64,000 nt of DNA from a virus (lineage: Duplodnaviria > Caudoviricetes). The DNA is taken from IMG/VR virus record IMGVR_UViG_3300037067_017859, positions 1 to 64,000 of that record; one strand, 5' to 3'. The stretch's first letter is position 1, and each line of letters starts with the position of its first letter. The notes under the pieces were generated by a model. The model did not search any database. It saw only the letters and a list, made by a program, of their open reading frames with translations, and had not been told where the DNA came from. This document shows, piece after piece, positions 28,299 through 41,224 of the stretch. The translations under genes and the position numbers were made by a program.

Positions 28299-31200
28299 TT
28301 TTCTTCCTTTTTCGAGGATCCACTCCAAAAACAGATATTGTTATGTCTGCAATTTCATCATCGGTCAAGAAAACAGACGCGCCGCACATTCTTTTGCTCC
28401 CGAAGGCTTCCTGATCAAAAACTGTGAGTTCATGTTTATTGGGCGCAATCTCGTTAAGAGAAAAGAAATGGGTTAATTCCATTTTTTCAGTCATACATTT
28501 TCTTTGTAACCTCTGTCATTTTGTCCCAGGCGGCAATATATTTCTTAGAAACCGCTATAATTTCAGTATTGCATTTCTGGAGATCATCAAGAGCCGCACC
28601 CACTTCCTGATATGCCTTTCCTGTTTTTTTAATTTTAACTAATAGGAATTTTTCTAAAGTAATAATATCCCGCGCCAATTTATAAATCGTGTCACAGGCT
28701 TCTATAAATATTTCTGCCGGGTCTGTTATTTTATTCATAATATTTTCTCTTATCCCATTCTGCCCTTTTTCCACCGAGAACCCTGCCGGGGAAGAGTTCA
28801 TTTTGTGGGTTAGTATTTGGGGCTGGTTTTGCTAACCCATTATTCCCTGCGCGCCTGGAGGCACGAGATTTTTGCTCTTTTTCGCTCTTTTCCGCTTTTT
28901 TGCTGTATTTTCCCGTAATTTTTGTTCTTTTTACCAAAATTCTCGCACTTTTGAAGCGATCACGTGCGCTCACAAAATGTGGATCCCAAACCCCCTGTTC
29001 CGAAAAGTCGAAATCCAGAAGCGTTTCAACTGCATATCTCAAATTTTTCGCTTTTTGCTGAATTTCCAGCCATTTTTTGTCTTTATAGGGGTCTGTTATC
29101 CCATAATAGAGCTTTAGACGATATTTAACGACATCATCTCGCTTCATACTGCATACTGCTTCCGCAGCAGATTTAGTAAGAAACGCGTTCCCGGTCGGCC
29201 GCCAGGCGCCGCGAGAAAATTTCTCAATTACCCACACTCTTGGAGTCTTCATATGGTTTTAAACCGTGACAACTCAATACTGAAACCACCACCCACACTC
29301 TTGGAGTCTTTATTTTCTTCCTCTTTCGGCGGTGCTATTTCGCGCATACCGACGAATTTGCAAACTCCCCACATTTTTAGGTTCAAGTCGGCCTTTTTAT
29401 AACACTGATGCCAGATTGCCTCTCTTGTAAGACCTTCCGGAGGCCGCACATTTGTAAGTATTGGAGGTTCCGTGATCTCCACTGGACCAATATCTTCATG
29501 CTCTCCGCATAATTGGCACCTATAAATCAGGAATGCTTGCATTTTTACTCCCGGAAGTGAAAAAGCGTTTGAATCTATGCCATAATTTCCAGTACCAGGG
29601 CGCCGGCACTATAGACCAATCCAGAATGATTTCGAAGAGTTCTAACGCGTCTGCCATAACTGTGATTTTAAGGCGCTCTAAGTTTGGGCTAGGAGGATCA
29701 AGATTCATCTGTTTAGTCCAAATAATCTTCTCTTGCTCCACCGCATCCTGAATCATATTCCTATATTTGTCAGGAATCTCAATTCCTGTCTCCTGTCCGG
29801 GATGAATCACAAGTGGATGTTCTTCACTAACGACTTTCAAAAATTCCTCCTACTGAATCATCGATTCTTTTGACTCTGTTCTTTGACTGCCCGATTTTGC
29901 TTCTTTAGCCATCATTCTCCAGAACCCGGCAAGAACACTATAGGTTTTGGCCTGGGATTCCAAAGACATGCTTTGAAGAAAAAGCGGATCGAGAAGAGTT
30001 ATAAAGCCAAGTTTCCCATCCTCAGTCTCTTTTACAGTCGTCAAGGCCAGGTATTCTCCCAAATCCGGCGCCATTTCTTCATGCCATTTCTTCTTGAAAT
30101 CATTCATGAATTTGTTTCTTTCCGCGCTTCTGTCTACATGGGCTCTAGCCTGGCCTTTGCCTCCAAGCCAGAAGCGGCGGTTATTGTTGCACTGCTCTTT
30201 GTCGATGAAATCAAAAATATCTTTATCGCGCTTAATATGGAATCGGTCCCGGATAAACTTGAACAATTTCATGCATTGGTCTCCTTTTCTCCTTTGGCAA
30301 TCAATGTCGCAATGAATTTCCCGGCGTCTAAGTAGCTCCAGGCATGGATATTCTTTTCTCCGACTGTGCTCTTTACATCAGGAAAGATGTCTTTCCCTTT
30401 GTCTTTTACGATTGTTTCCGACCAGTCGATGTTGATCACGTTCTTTCGCCACCCGATAATGAATCGGCCGATTGAAGTCGTTACTTTGAACCAGGGCTTA
30501 TCCTGGCAGCACCAATCGGAACAGTAACCATTTGGAATCTCCTCAACATAAATCGGCTGCGGGAAGAGTCTGATAATTTCCGCTTTCTCGATTTTCCTAT
30601 TTTCTGCACGTTGCGGATCCCGGCTGACAGTCTCCTTGGCAATCACCTTCTCGATCTCATCACACTTACGCCTAATTACAGATTTCTCATCGGAAGTGAG
30701 ATCGCGTTCAGGATTCACTTTAACGAATACCTGTACCCCTATAACTCCAAACGATGATGTAGACTCCTGAAAATGAGCCAGTTTATAACCTTCCAACGGA
30801 ACTGTATAATCGAGCATGCTTAGTTCTCCTTTATAATAGGGGCATCGGTAATATTCTGCTCGAGCCGGTTAATTTTTTGGTTCGGATTCCCTCCAATCGT
30901 CGCTCTGATTGTGTGAAGCTCCTGAAATAAATAGATTGCCATTTCGCAAAGAGTGATGGGTTTCACTCCGCGCTGATTCACGTGTTGATCCATTTCATCG
31001 GAATTTAGACCATGGTCTATAGTATAACCTTCCGGGGTTTGACGAAGCCTGGTTTTTTCAACCTCGAAGACGTCAGGGAAGAGCCACTGAATAGATTTTT
31101 CAATCTCTAAGAATTGGTTATACAGGACGTAGTTGGCATCTTCCAGATTGCTCAATTCCTGTTTCAATTTAGAATTGTTGCGCAACATGATTTCTTTTTC

Positions 31201-31722
31201 GGCGGTTAATTTATTGATTTCCGCGTCTTTTTGCTCGGCTACTTCGCGCCATTTGCCGAAATAGCGCATGGCGCCGTCCATTTTAATTAATATTGCCCGA
31301 TATTTTTCCGGATCCGATTTTTCAAAAGCCCGTTGAACTTCTTCAGAAATTTTACGCAACATTATATCCCCCATGTTGACTCCTTTTTTGCAAGTTGGCC
31401 TGCCTCGGAGACTGTTTGCTCATATTTTTCGTGGATGTTGAGGGCGCTCTCGAATTGTGCGACGTCCTCAGAACTTTTCTCATAAGCTTTTTGGTATCTC
31501 TCGTATTCTTTCCGGAAATAATCCCGGTTATCCTTGTCTTTTTTGGCCTGTTCGGTTGCTTTTCTGAGACCTGCCTCCAGGTTTTTCATGACAGTCATAC
31601 TATTTAAACATGTGAATTTCCTGGTGGAGCGCCCGGATGCAAATTTTATAACCCACCGGAGGGATAGTATGAATATAAGGTTTGCAGCGCTAATGCTTAA
31701 AATCAGAATTAATTGTTCCATA

Positions 31723-32166
31723 TTATTTCCCTGAGCTCCCAAGGGCGCCGTCGCCGCGGTTGGTCGGCTCCAGCTTGTCGACTTCTTCCAGAACTGCTTC
31801 GTAAATTGGCTGGATCAGCAGTTGGGCAATGCGATCGCCAGCGGCGAATATAAACGGGATGGAGGGATCATTGTTCTGTAGGGTGACAAAGACCTCCCCA
31901 ATATAATTGGAGTCGATGACGCCGCCCAATACCGAGACTCCCTTGTTGGTTGCAATCCCGCTGCGCCCCCAAACCAGGCCGACATAGCCGGCCGGAATCT
32001 TTAGGGCAATGCCGGTTCTGATTATCCAGCGCAGGCCGGCGGGAACGACTCCGGAAGTGAGCGCATAAAGATCCATGCCGGCGTCTCCGCGGCGCCCATA
32101 AGTGGGAAGAGTAGCTTCATTGCAAAGTTTCATGACTTGCACGAGAAGTCTGTAAGGTTTATCCAT
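31723..32166 (-). CDS. dut: Trimeric dUTPase
   Basis: AGMDL, GRSG, GVIDSNYIGE, GDRIAQL, RGDGALGSSG. Confidence 0.93.
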   Translation of the reverse strand: MDKPYRLLVQVMKLCNEATLPTYGRRGDAGMDLYALTSGVVPAGLRWIIRTGIALKIPAGYVGLVWGRSGIATNKGVSVLGGVIDSNYIGEVFVTLQNNDPSIPFIFAAGDRIAQLLIQPIYEAVLEEVDKLEPTNRGDGALGSSGK

Positions 32167-35100
32167 GGTTTCCCTCCTTTTCCCTAAATTCGTTGATAAG
32201 CTTATGTTGATTTTCAATCACCATCGCCAGAAACGCCACATCCTGCTCGAGATCAGGATCGGGAAAGATATGCTGGCCCATGCCAAATTTGTTAATGATC
32301 TTTTCGAGGCCGACATGGTTTCGATCGCGGCATTCAGGTTTATCCTTTTCACATACTTTGATCAGGAATAACATTATGGCCATTCCCCACAAAAAACTCA
32401 GAATTTGTAAAATCGCAACCACAGGCATCGTATTTCTCCTTGTTACTCGTTTGCCAAATTAATAATCATCCACGCAAAGGCGACCGCGATTATCAGAAAG
32501 GCCAGGCATTCAATTGCGCCATAAGCGAGAATCATAAACCAGGTGATCCCTTGCCAATCGTCAGATTTCGCCTTTGATTTGCATGGTTTCGTACCGGGTC
32601 CGGTATTTATACCTTGGCTTGTGTCCAATCTGACGCGCTTTCTGAAACTCCATCGCATGTTTCCACATCCTATCCTGATCGGAGCAAAGGGGGCAGAACT
32701 CGGATTCGTAATGCACTTTGAGTTCGGTCCCATGCCTTTCACAGATCATTGTTCCCTCGATCTCCAGCAATTGATCAAATGCCCAACGCCGAACACAATA
32801 ACTAATGCAAGGAATAGCGCCGTATCTGAATGATTTTCGATTGATATCAAAAATTGTTCCATAATTTCCCTACAACGGAACCACCTTTATTTCCCGGTAG
32901 ACGATTTTTTTACTAGTCGGTCCAAATCCGGAAAATTCAAAAATTTTATCGTTAGTTTTAATGAATGGAGGGTACTTTCTGACCCACTCCGGCCGCCCAA
33001 AAACCTCATGCTCATTACCGTCCAAATAAACCAGCGTCAACGTCATGGCCTTATACTTCCTTAATCCCTCCGTCTGGTGCCAATCGGGATCATCTTCGTC
33101 ATCCCACTTGACTGGGGTCCATAGCTGTCCGAACATTACATCGGGGCCAATGGTTTCTCCGGTTTTTCCCGCCCTATCCCATCCATCTATAATTTGCACT
33201 CTCAAACCGGACTCCTTTCACTTTTTGACCACAAGAGACTTCACTTTTTCAAGTCTCTGACCGGGGATTCCGACCATTTCTTTCACTTTTTACCCTGACC
33301 ACCACTACATGTTGTGGTCGGTGGGGTATCGATCGATTCCAGGATGAAGGAAATAGCCGCCTGGCAATCCTTTATTTCTTCATCCAAGCCGCTGATATAC
33401 GCATTCAGGATCTCCAGGGCATCTTGCTTTTTAGAACGCTCCGCTATTGCAGTCGCAATTTGTACCTTGATATTGATAATCCTGGATTCCAGGACATTCG
33501 TGACTCTATTAGCTCTCTCTTTATTCATATACACCCCAGTTTCACGTGAAACGCGCATATCCATGGACATGCTAAAGTTTTTTGCCCAAAAAATAGGAGA
33601 CGAAGCCTATCCCGATGAATTGGAACACCAATAATAGGACGCTTCCGGTGCTGATTACCCCGGCAAGCTCGTTGACGGAGCACATAAAGCTGAATATCCA
33701 GCACCACAAAGCAAATTTCAGAGCCAAGATCATCTTCTTCTTATTGTCCATGGACATCACCTTTCCATGAAAATCCCTATTACTGCCACATCCCGCGTAA
33801 GCCAAATGGCATGTCGACTGTGACATTGTTCGTCCGGAACCGCGTCCGCAGTTCTCTTACAAATTCGTCCAGGGCTTTCAAATCTTCGAATTGCGCCTCA
33901 ATCTCCCGAATTTGTCCGCCACCGAGCCGGGTATAAATCAAAATCATGTGAGGCGTCTTGAAATGCACATCGACCCCAAGATTAACAATGTCCTGGACAA
34001 ACGTCTCCAAGCTCGTAATCCGCTGATCAGCCTTTTTAATTTTGTCGCCGGCCTGCGCTTGCGCCTTCTCCTGATAAAGAAGCATTTTCTCCAGCAACTC
34101 CGCAACCTCGTGTATTGTTTTTTTCAACAAAATCATAACAATTTCTAGCGCCAGGACCCGAACCTCGATCTCGGCAATCAGTCGGGATCTAGCCTTTATC
34201 CTGGACAACAGCAACTCAATCCCCAAATACCTCTTTAACCACGTTCGGATTCGTCGCATGGAGCCCCCTTCCACTTGTCAAAATATTTCTCTGTAGGAAT
34301 CGCTATCCCCGGTTCCCGTTCATAATACCGTTTCAATAAATCTTCGGCCGCCTTGAGCCTATCCCGTAAACCTTGATTCTCCAACAGTTGCCACACCGAC
34401 CACTTGCACCCGCAAAACAAGCAGATCCTATATTGCGCATCGACGTGAATATGCTCATTCTCGCCAGGTTCCGGCCCCTCGACCCCGCACTTTGGGCAAT
34501 TCATTTATCCTCATATTACGGAATATATAAAGGTTTTTCTAATTGCTTCATCCTGTCATAAAGCTTTGGGCATCTGCCACTTGGAAGTTCTTCTTCATAT
34601 AGTGCTGTGAGCTCGTCCCAGGCTTCAACAAACGGTTTCCACCGAGAACAAAGTTTTACTGTTTTATGAAGTTCATCCCTAAAAGCGGGGAAGAGTTTTA
34701 GAAACCGATAACACCTTCCGAAATCGGCAGGATCATAAGGGATATCATGACGCCCTGAACGGTTTCCGGTAACGGCATCATATATAGTCAAAGAGCTTGT
34801 TCCGGTATCTCTCCCGGCTCTCCATTCCGATGGATGAGTAACTGATTCTTTATACTCGTTCCCGGCCTTGCATTTTGAGTGAATTTTAACGAATGCGTTC
34901 AAGGCGGCTGTCACAATTTCAACACGTTGCGGAAGTGAAAGGCGCAATCCCTCTCCACACCGTATGCAATATGATGTTTCTCCCGGCTTTCCGCCCATTA
35001 CAATCCAATCTGCGATCATCGCCGCCTCCACATCCAACCGTGCTTCCACGCCTTCGTCAATATAAGTGCCAGCAACGCACACGGTCCCATTAAACCTATA

Positions 35101-35994
35101 AAAATGGCAAAGTTGCGGTCGCATACTGCATCATTCTCAGCCAATGTAGGGAATTCCCGTTGTTGGAAGGCATATGCCCACCCATAATTCAGAATCCCGC
35201 ATATTACCCAAGCCGCCAGGAAAATATAATCGATCATGGCTTTTTCTCCAGTATGTGGTACTTATGATCGCCGCAATCGCACGCCGCCTTATAACCTGCT
35301 TGGCAAAGAGCCGGATTGTTTTCAAACGGATACTCGCTACAGCACATCAATTCCTCTAAATCACATGCGCATTCATCGTCGTCGGGACAATACAATCCCG
35401 TATATCCTTTTGAAATCAGGTAAGCTCCGACAATATCTTTAACCGTTGGATTGCTCATCTTCTTCGCCCCCCTCCATCCAGGCCCGTACAAGACCCGTAT
35501 GAGACCCGTTGACTTTTACCAGATAATATGCCCACATCTTCGCCCCGTTCATTTTGTCCCGAACAGCCCACCAAGATACTCAATCCATGCACAAACCAAT
35601 ATCGCCAGCGTCGGAAACCCGAAGCACGCCACCACTATCCATAAAACAATGACTGCCCATTCAGGACATTTCCTCATTATGCCGCCCTCCATCAACGTAT
35701 TCCTGGACTTCCACTTCACCGTGATGCATCAACTGCGGCTGGATATCATCCCCGAACGTCATCAAATCCAAATACACCCGCCCACTCACCAACACCCGAA
35801 GCCTGTCCCGCCACCCAAACGACCAACAACTCCTCACCGTCCCAAACGCATCCCCCATCCTCAACGCCGGCAACGGCAAGTACTCCGGCTGCTGCGCCCC
35901 ATATACCGCCAGTTTCGCCCCCTTCGGCCACGGCTTCGGTGGTTCTATGATCTTCATCCCAAACTCCTTTGTAAGAAATGTGAACGTATATGTG

Positions 35995-36022
35995 AATATA
36001 AGTCACTTTCCCCGTTTGTCAA
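35995..36022 (-). promoter_or_regulatory. Sigma70-type promoter for the leftward gene block
   Basis: TTGACA-N16-TATATT upstream of the ORF starting at 35957. Confidence 0.5.
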
Positions 36023-36106
36023 CCTATTTCTGTGTGAATAATGTTAACTTTTACGGTAGGGAGAGAAAAAATTTGACGCGTACATATCGCAACTAGATAC
36101 TATACT

Positions 36107-36152
36107 CGAGGGGTGCCGGGCGCCGCCTCCGCGACCTACCCGGCGCCCCTCG
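36107..36152. repeat. GC-rich inverted repeat in a long intergenic region
   Basis: CGAGGGGTGCCGGG ... CCCGGCGCCCCTCG. Confidence 0.6.
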
Positions 36153-36622
36153 TCGATCGCCGCGGTCGCAGTTTCGAGCTGCCTTAAAAACCTTGCCTTG
36201 CTCGATGCGGCTGTATCTCATTGCGTCCATTACATTTCCTGCCTTCTGTGTAATTCAAGTTGACAAAAGGACATTTTGTAACCTTTACATTTGTGGCGCA
36301 TTTTAGGGCCAATTTTCCGAGGGCTGGAACAGCGCGTTCATTGATATCACAATCAAGTTTCCTCGCCCTTTCGGGTTTGGTGGCGAAGTGGTACAAAATG
36401 TATCACTTTCTTCCATGGATAAAATCGTCGCCTTAATGAAGTGTGCTTTCATCTTTGTGATCCATTGCCGATGATGTGTTGATAGCGCGTCATAGTGCAA
36501 TTGAGTCATGAGTAGGGCGAATTACCTTTATATGTGAAATCCTTTCACTCGTATGCGATTTTGCAGGTATTGGGACAAGGCTTTGCCTGTAAAAATTGAT
36601 TGTGAGCGATTATACGAGGGTT

Positions 36623-37507
36623 TTACGGCGTCCTTTCTGTGTTGATTGCATCCTGGGCGCTGTTTACGGGTTTATTGGCTTTTAGCTCGATAGCGCGTCT
36701 TAGTGCATCCTCTGGATTGTTATAAGTCTTGATTTTGTCATTAGGGTTTGGTCCACAGAATTGTTCATAGATTCTGTCTGCCTGATCTTCGGGTTTTTCA
36801 TTGATAGATGTATTACCTGGGCGAAGCTGATAAGCGTCTTGATTATTTGGATCCTGATATATTTCGATTGCTTGTGATTCATTGGCCGGCGGCGCTGGCT
36901 GTTCTTCTGAATTCCATGGCAGATTGTCCATGATTTTTCGAGTATCCATGATTACCGCGGTTTCGTCGATCGTCCTGATTTCCCTTACTGGGATCTGTCC
37001 ACCAGGCTGTGCTTCTATTTCGTTTATTTCGTCGATTACCGATTGTCTTAGTGGCGGCTGATTCCTGTCTTGGCGTTTGTCCCATGGCGCTATTGGATCA
37101 CGGTGCCCTTTTGCAATGTATGCATCCCTGGCAGGCCGATATTCCTTTTGATACTTCGCCCTTATTGGCGCATTGGCTTTTTTGAGCTCTTCCAGGAGTC
37201 TGGCGCCTGGGCTAAATATTAATTGCAGTGTCGCAGGTCTTTGCGGCATTCCGTTCCTGTCCCTCCATGCCGATCGGCGCCCGCGGCGTGTATATTTCAC
37301 TTTCCATGTTCCGAATCCCATCATATTTACCATGCCTTGCGTTTCCTCCGGAATGTCCCTGATGAGGCTTTGCAAATATGTCCCGATTCCAAGCGCCACC
37401 GCGTTTATCGCGTTCTCTGCTTCCCTTCGGCTCATGCCTGTCATATCCACTATTCGCTGCGTCAGTTTCCTACGATCCAGACTCGCAATCGTTCTTACCT
37501 TTGCCAT
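36623..37507 (-). CDS. HU/IHF-like DNA-binding protein with long C-terminal extension
   Basis: GMSRREAENAINAV...VNMMGFGTWKVK..R.GR...FSPGARL. Confidence 0.7.
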   Translation of the reverse strand: MAKVRTIASLDRRKLTQRIVDMTGMSRREAENAINAVALGIGTYLQSLIRDIPEETQGMVNMMGFGTWKVKYTRRGRRSAWRDRNGMPQRPATLQLIFSPGARLLEELKKANAPIRAKYQKEYRPARDAYIAKGHRDPIAPWDKRQDRNQPPLRQSVIDEINEIEAQPGGQIPVREIRTIDETAVIMDTRKIMDNLPWNSEEQPAPPANESQAIEIYQDPNNQDAYQLRPGNTSINEKPEDQADRIYEQFCGPNPNDKIKTYNNPEDALRRAIELKANKPVNSAQDAINTERTP

Positions 37508-37623
37508 TATCTTGCGCTCCTTCGTGTAAACCCGGTTTATTCCATTTGTCTATCAGAATATCGTCATTATCCATGGAGATTCAATTGGATTTTATTTTTC
37601 TGTGAAATACTTTCACTTTTTAC

Positions 37624-37653
37624 TTGACAGTATTTCTCAATTCGTGTTATAAA
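37624..37653 (+). promoter_or_regulatory. Sigma70 promoter of the plus-strand early block
   Basis: TTGACA-N18-TATAAA with extended -10 TG. Confidence 0.6.
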
Positions 37654-40600
37654 AAAGTTATGCTTTCCCAAGACTCCACACCCAAACCGAAAGCCGTTAG
37701 ACAACAAGGAGATATTTCAATGATTACATTGCCAGACTTTGCCAATGAAACTGAATCTAATGAATTCTTTGCCCCTATCATTCTTGAAGCTCTTCGCAAG
37801 GATGCACAGGACAATGAAACGCCAGTTCCTCTAGATGAATATGATTCTGCCATGGAGCAATTAGAAGATTACAGCGGCTCCGATATCGTAATTGTCTATT
37901 TCAATCGGCGTGTTGTTGTTGTCCGCAGTATTCTGCCTTTTGAGAATGAAGGGCTCCTTGTTATCGATCTTGATTCGAAATCTGTTGTCCTGTCCTCCTG
38001 TACTTCTTACGAGGATGGGCAGGCTTCCGAATTGAATCTCTCTAAAGCTTAGGAGCGTTTTATGAAAAATTCCCTCTATGCTGATTTAAAAGCTAATGGC
38101 ATTGAGACTGATCATCATGAAAGCGATTTATACTTTCCTCGAAATCCGCAGACAATGGCAATCTTGTCCAGATATCCACTCCAGAAAAACATTGCCAGCA
38201 TTTTCATTCACACTGTAACCAATACTCAATGGTATGAAGTTCCTTTTGCTTATTCGCCCTTTTGGGCATCGAAAGGCTAACCCAATGAGATACGACATCT
38301 ATAAACGATATTTGCCCCTCGCACCAAATGATACCTATCGTTTTGAACCTGTCTGTTTTCGCACAAATAAGCGTGACGCTCTCTCTTGTGCTCGTGAGCT
38401 TTCCTCTAATCATCCTGAATTCAAATTTTCGGTGCATATCGGAGCAAAAATAATTGCATTCGCAAAAGCTGGCCGGGTTTCCCACTTCGCACAATATTGA
38501 GGACAAAATGAAAGTTGAAAGAGTCTTTACCGTTCCATCAACCGTTAAGCACTATTACCAATGTGAATGTGAAGCTCTGAATTGTCATGGCCGGGCAGGT
38601 TGTAAAAACGAAGCACATTCGCGCTATCGCATCGACGATTTTGTTAAGTTCTGGCTGTGTCCGAAATGTGTCAATCATTATCGAAAGGCTTAATTATGGC
38701 AAGCTATTTACAGGAATCTTTTAATCAGGTCTGTAAGCAAGCGATCCAGCCGAAAGGCTATTATGTTTCCCTCATGGAAAATATTCCCTATTACGGTGGG
38801 CCTGAAGAAGGAGGTTGGTGGGGTCATGATACGCGCATAGTCGCTTATCAGCGTTTCCCTTCTCTAGAACAAGCTGAAGCTGCAAAATCACAAGTGGAAA
38901 CTTTAGCCAATGAATTGACTATCGAGGATAGAAAGGCTTATGGCGACCATTGCTTGAGACAAACGGAATGGCTCGAAGCTCGTGGTCTTGATGATTCTTT
39001 TCTGCCTGAACCTGATGGCGAATCTGAATTTTATGTGTGCGTTTCTGACAGTCTGCCAGAAGAGTCTTTTGGCGATCGTCATTACGAATAAGGAGTGATT
39101 CTATGATGGGACCGAGAGAATTATCACAGAAATTGCAACCGGCTGTTCACGCTTGTTTGATTGCACAAGCTTGTGCCTTAGTGCATCGAGAGAGAGTTGA
39201 CGCAATTCAGCGCCGGATTTTGCAAACTGGCAATTGGCTTGCTGAAAAATCTCAAGAAAAGATTACCGATCCTAACCACACATATCTTATGCCTCAATCC
39301 GATTACCCGGCCTACTTTACCACTCTTCGAAAAGCATTAGAGGCTGACGGCTATGTTATCCAAACACACCATATTAATGACAATGAAAATTATTGGGATT
39401 ATTACTGCCCTGCCTGTCTGGCTGAAAGCATACAATCGGACGCCGAACACGTCTTAATCAATCTTTTCGCGGAATATCTCAATTATAAGGATTTTCTTCA
39501 TAAACTTCTCTCCGCCGGGATGGATGATTATCGCAAGCTCATTGATCTTCTTGTGCGGTTTGTCGTCAATTCGCCTGATTACGTTTCTCCTGTAATTCCT
39601 AAGAACGAGGCAAACCAATGCCATGGATAATTGACAAAGACCTTACAGCCGATCCGAATAGGCCAGAAGGTACGAATGCCAATGCTAAGGGGCTCCTGGG
39701 ACCAGGGACATATTCAGGCGATGGTTCAGAGCTCAAACATCAGTTCCGAATGTCCGATGATGATGGAATGATTTATTACATCGGACGCAATGATACCGCA
39801 GACGATAATAACGCTTTTGGGCCTTTAGACGATTTTGGAGCGCCTAACGCAGGATGCACCACGATCGAATATTTTGATGAGGATACCAGACAATGGCGAA
39901 TTCTTTAATGTCCCAATACAAATACTCTCAAGGCAGAACAATGCACGAAGCAATCAAAGCACAAGATTCTTATGCTGTAGACGCAGACGGTTTTGCTTCT
40001 CCGTTCTGGTGTCCAGGAACTTGCGGTATTGATGAATCTATTCTGGCTTTTAAATCTAATTTCCCAAATATTCACGGAGATTTTAAGCTCCTTCGAGTTT
40101 TAAAGGGCTCACAAATTGGTTGCATGATTTACGAAGAGTCAACAACTATCACATTTTAATGGAGGCTTTTATGCGCGTCTTGGTTGCCACAACAAAACAG
40201 CAAGGGAAAAGGTCTAATGATTTCAGCTTTACGAATGATGGCGAATTAGTACGTTATGGCTTTGATTGCGATGGCGAAGACGTTGACGGTGTTTGCGGCT
40301 GCAAGCGATCCTTAATCGGTTTCGATTCCCATAAGGGAACCACTACCTTTTGCATTGCCGAAATGGATATTAACCTCGAACAAGTAACCAAACTCATCGA
40401 AAAATCTCTAAAGGCTTCTGGCTTCATATCCCCAAGCGATCCAGAAGAAGAAAACAAGGAATTCATTGCTGAAATTGTGCTGGAAACTTTGAGCCTTTGG
40501 AAATCGTTCGATCAATTCCCTATTGGCCTCGTGCTGGAACGTAGAGGAGTATATTTCTCTCCGCGGATTGAGAAATCCGGATTATGTCCTATTTGTGGCG

Positions 40601-40765
40601 AAAAGATTCACCTTTCCGGACGGACGAAAGACAATAGATATATTGGCTCCTGTCAGGATGCTTTTACACTAGAACAATGGATTGCCTGATTCATTCTGGA
40701 TTTCGCGTGTAAACCCGGTTTACACGCGATACCTTGGATTAACCAGGGAGAAAGAGATAACTACA

Positions 40766-41224
40766 ATGGAACCGATCACCATTGGAACTGCAATCAAGGA
40801 AGTTCAAATCAAATACCTTACTCGCCAGAAAATAGGCGAGACTCGAAAGATATACAACAGTCAAGACGTTTTTGACATATTCCATCCTCTAATCAATCCC
40901 GAACGAGTTGAGGTTTTTATCTGTGTCATGGTCAATTCGAAAAACCGTATTTTGTCCTATGAGGTTGTGAGCCGAGGCTCTCTTAATATGTCCGTTACTC
41001 ATCCTCGTGACGTATTTTCAACTCCCGTACGACTACAGGCTTCGGCTGTACTTTTCCTGCACAATCATCCTTCGGGAGATCCAGCGCCAAGTATAGAAGA
41101 TAAAGACTGCACAGAAAAGCTTATGGCAAGCGCCAAAACTTTAGCAATCAAAGTATTGGATCATATAATCATCGGCGAAACTTCATATTACAGCTTTGCC
41201 GATTCTGGCGCATTGCCTGTCTAA
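40766..41224 (+). CDS. RadC-like JAB domain protein
   Basis: GSLNMSVTHPRDVF, HNHPSGDPAPSIED, VLDHIIIG. Confidence 0.9.
   Translation: MEPITIGTAIKEVQIKYLTRQKIGETRKIYNSQDVFDIFHPLINPERVEVFICVMVNSKNRILSYEVVSRGSLNMSVTHPRDVFSTPVRLQASAVLFLHNHPSGDPAPSIEDKDCTEKLMASAKTLAIKVLDHIIIGETSYYSFADSGALPV

Noticed and set aside
35451-36041. Long antisense ORFs such as 35451-36041, 45870-46592 and 25407-26000 (+)
   Set aside because: Shadow frames of minus-strand genes with no recognisable motifs
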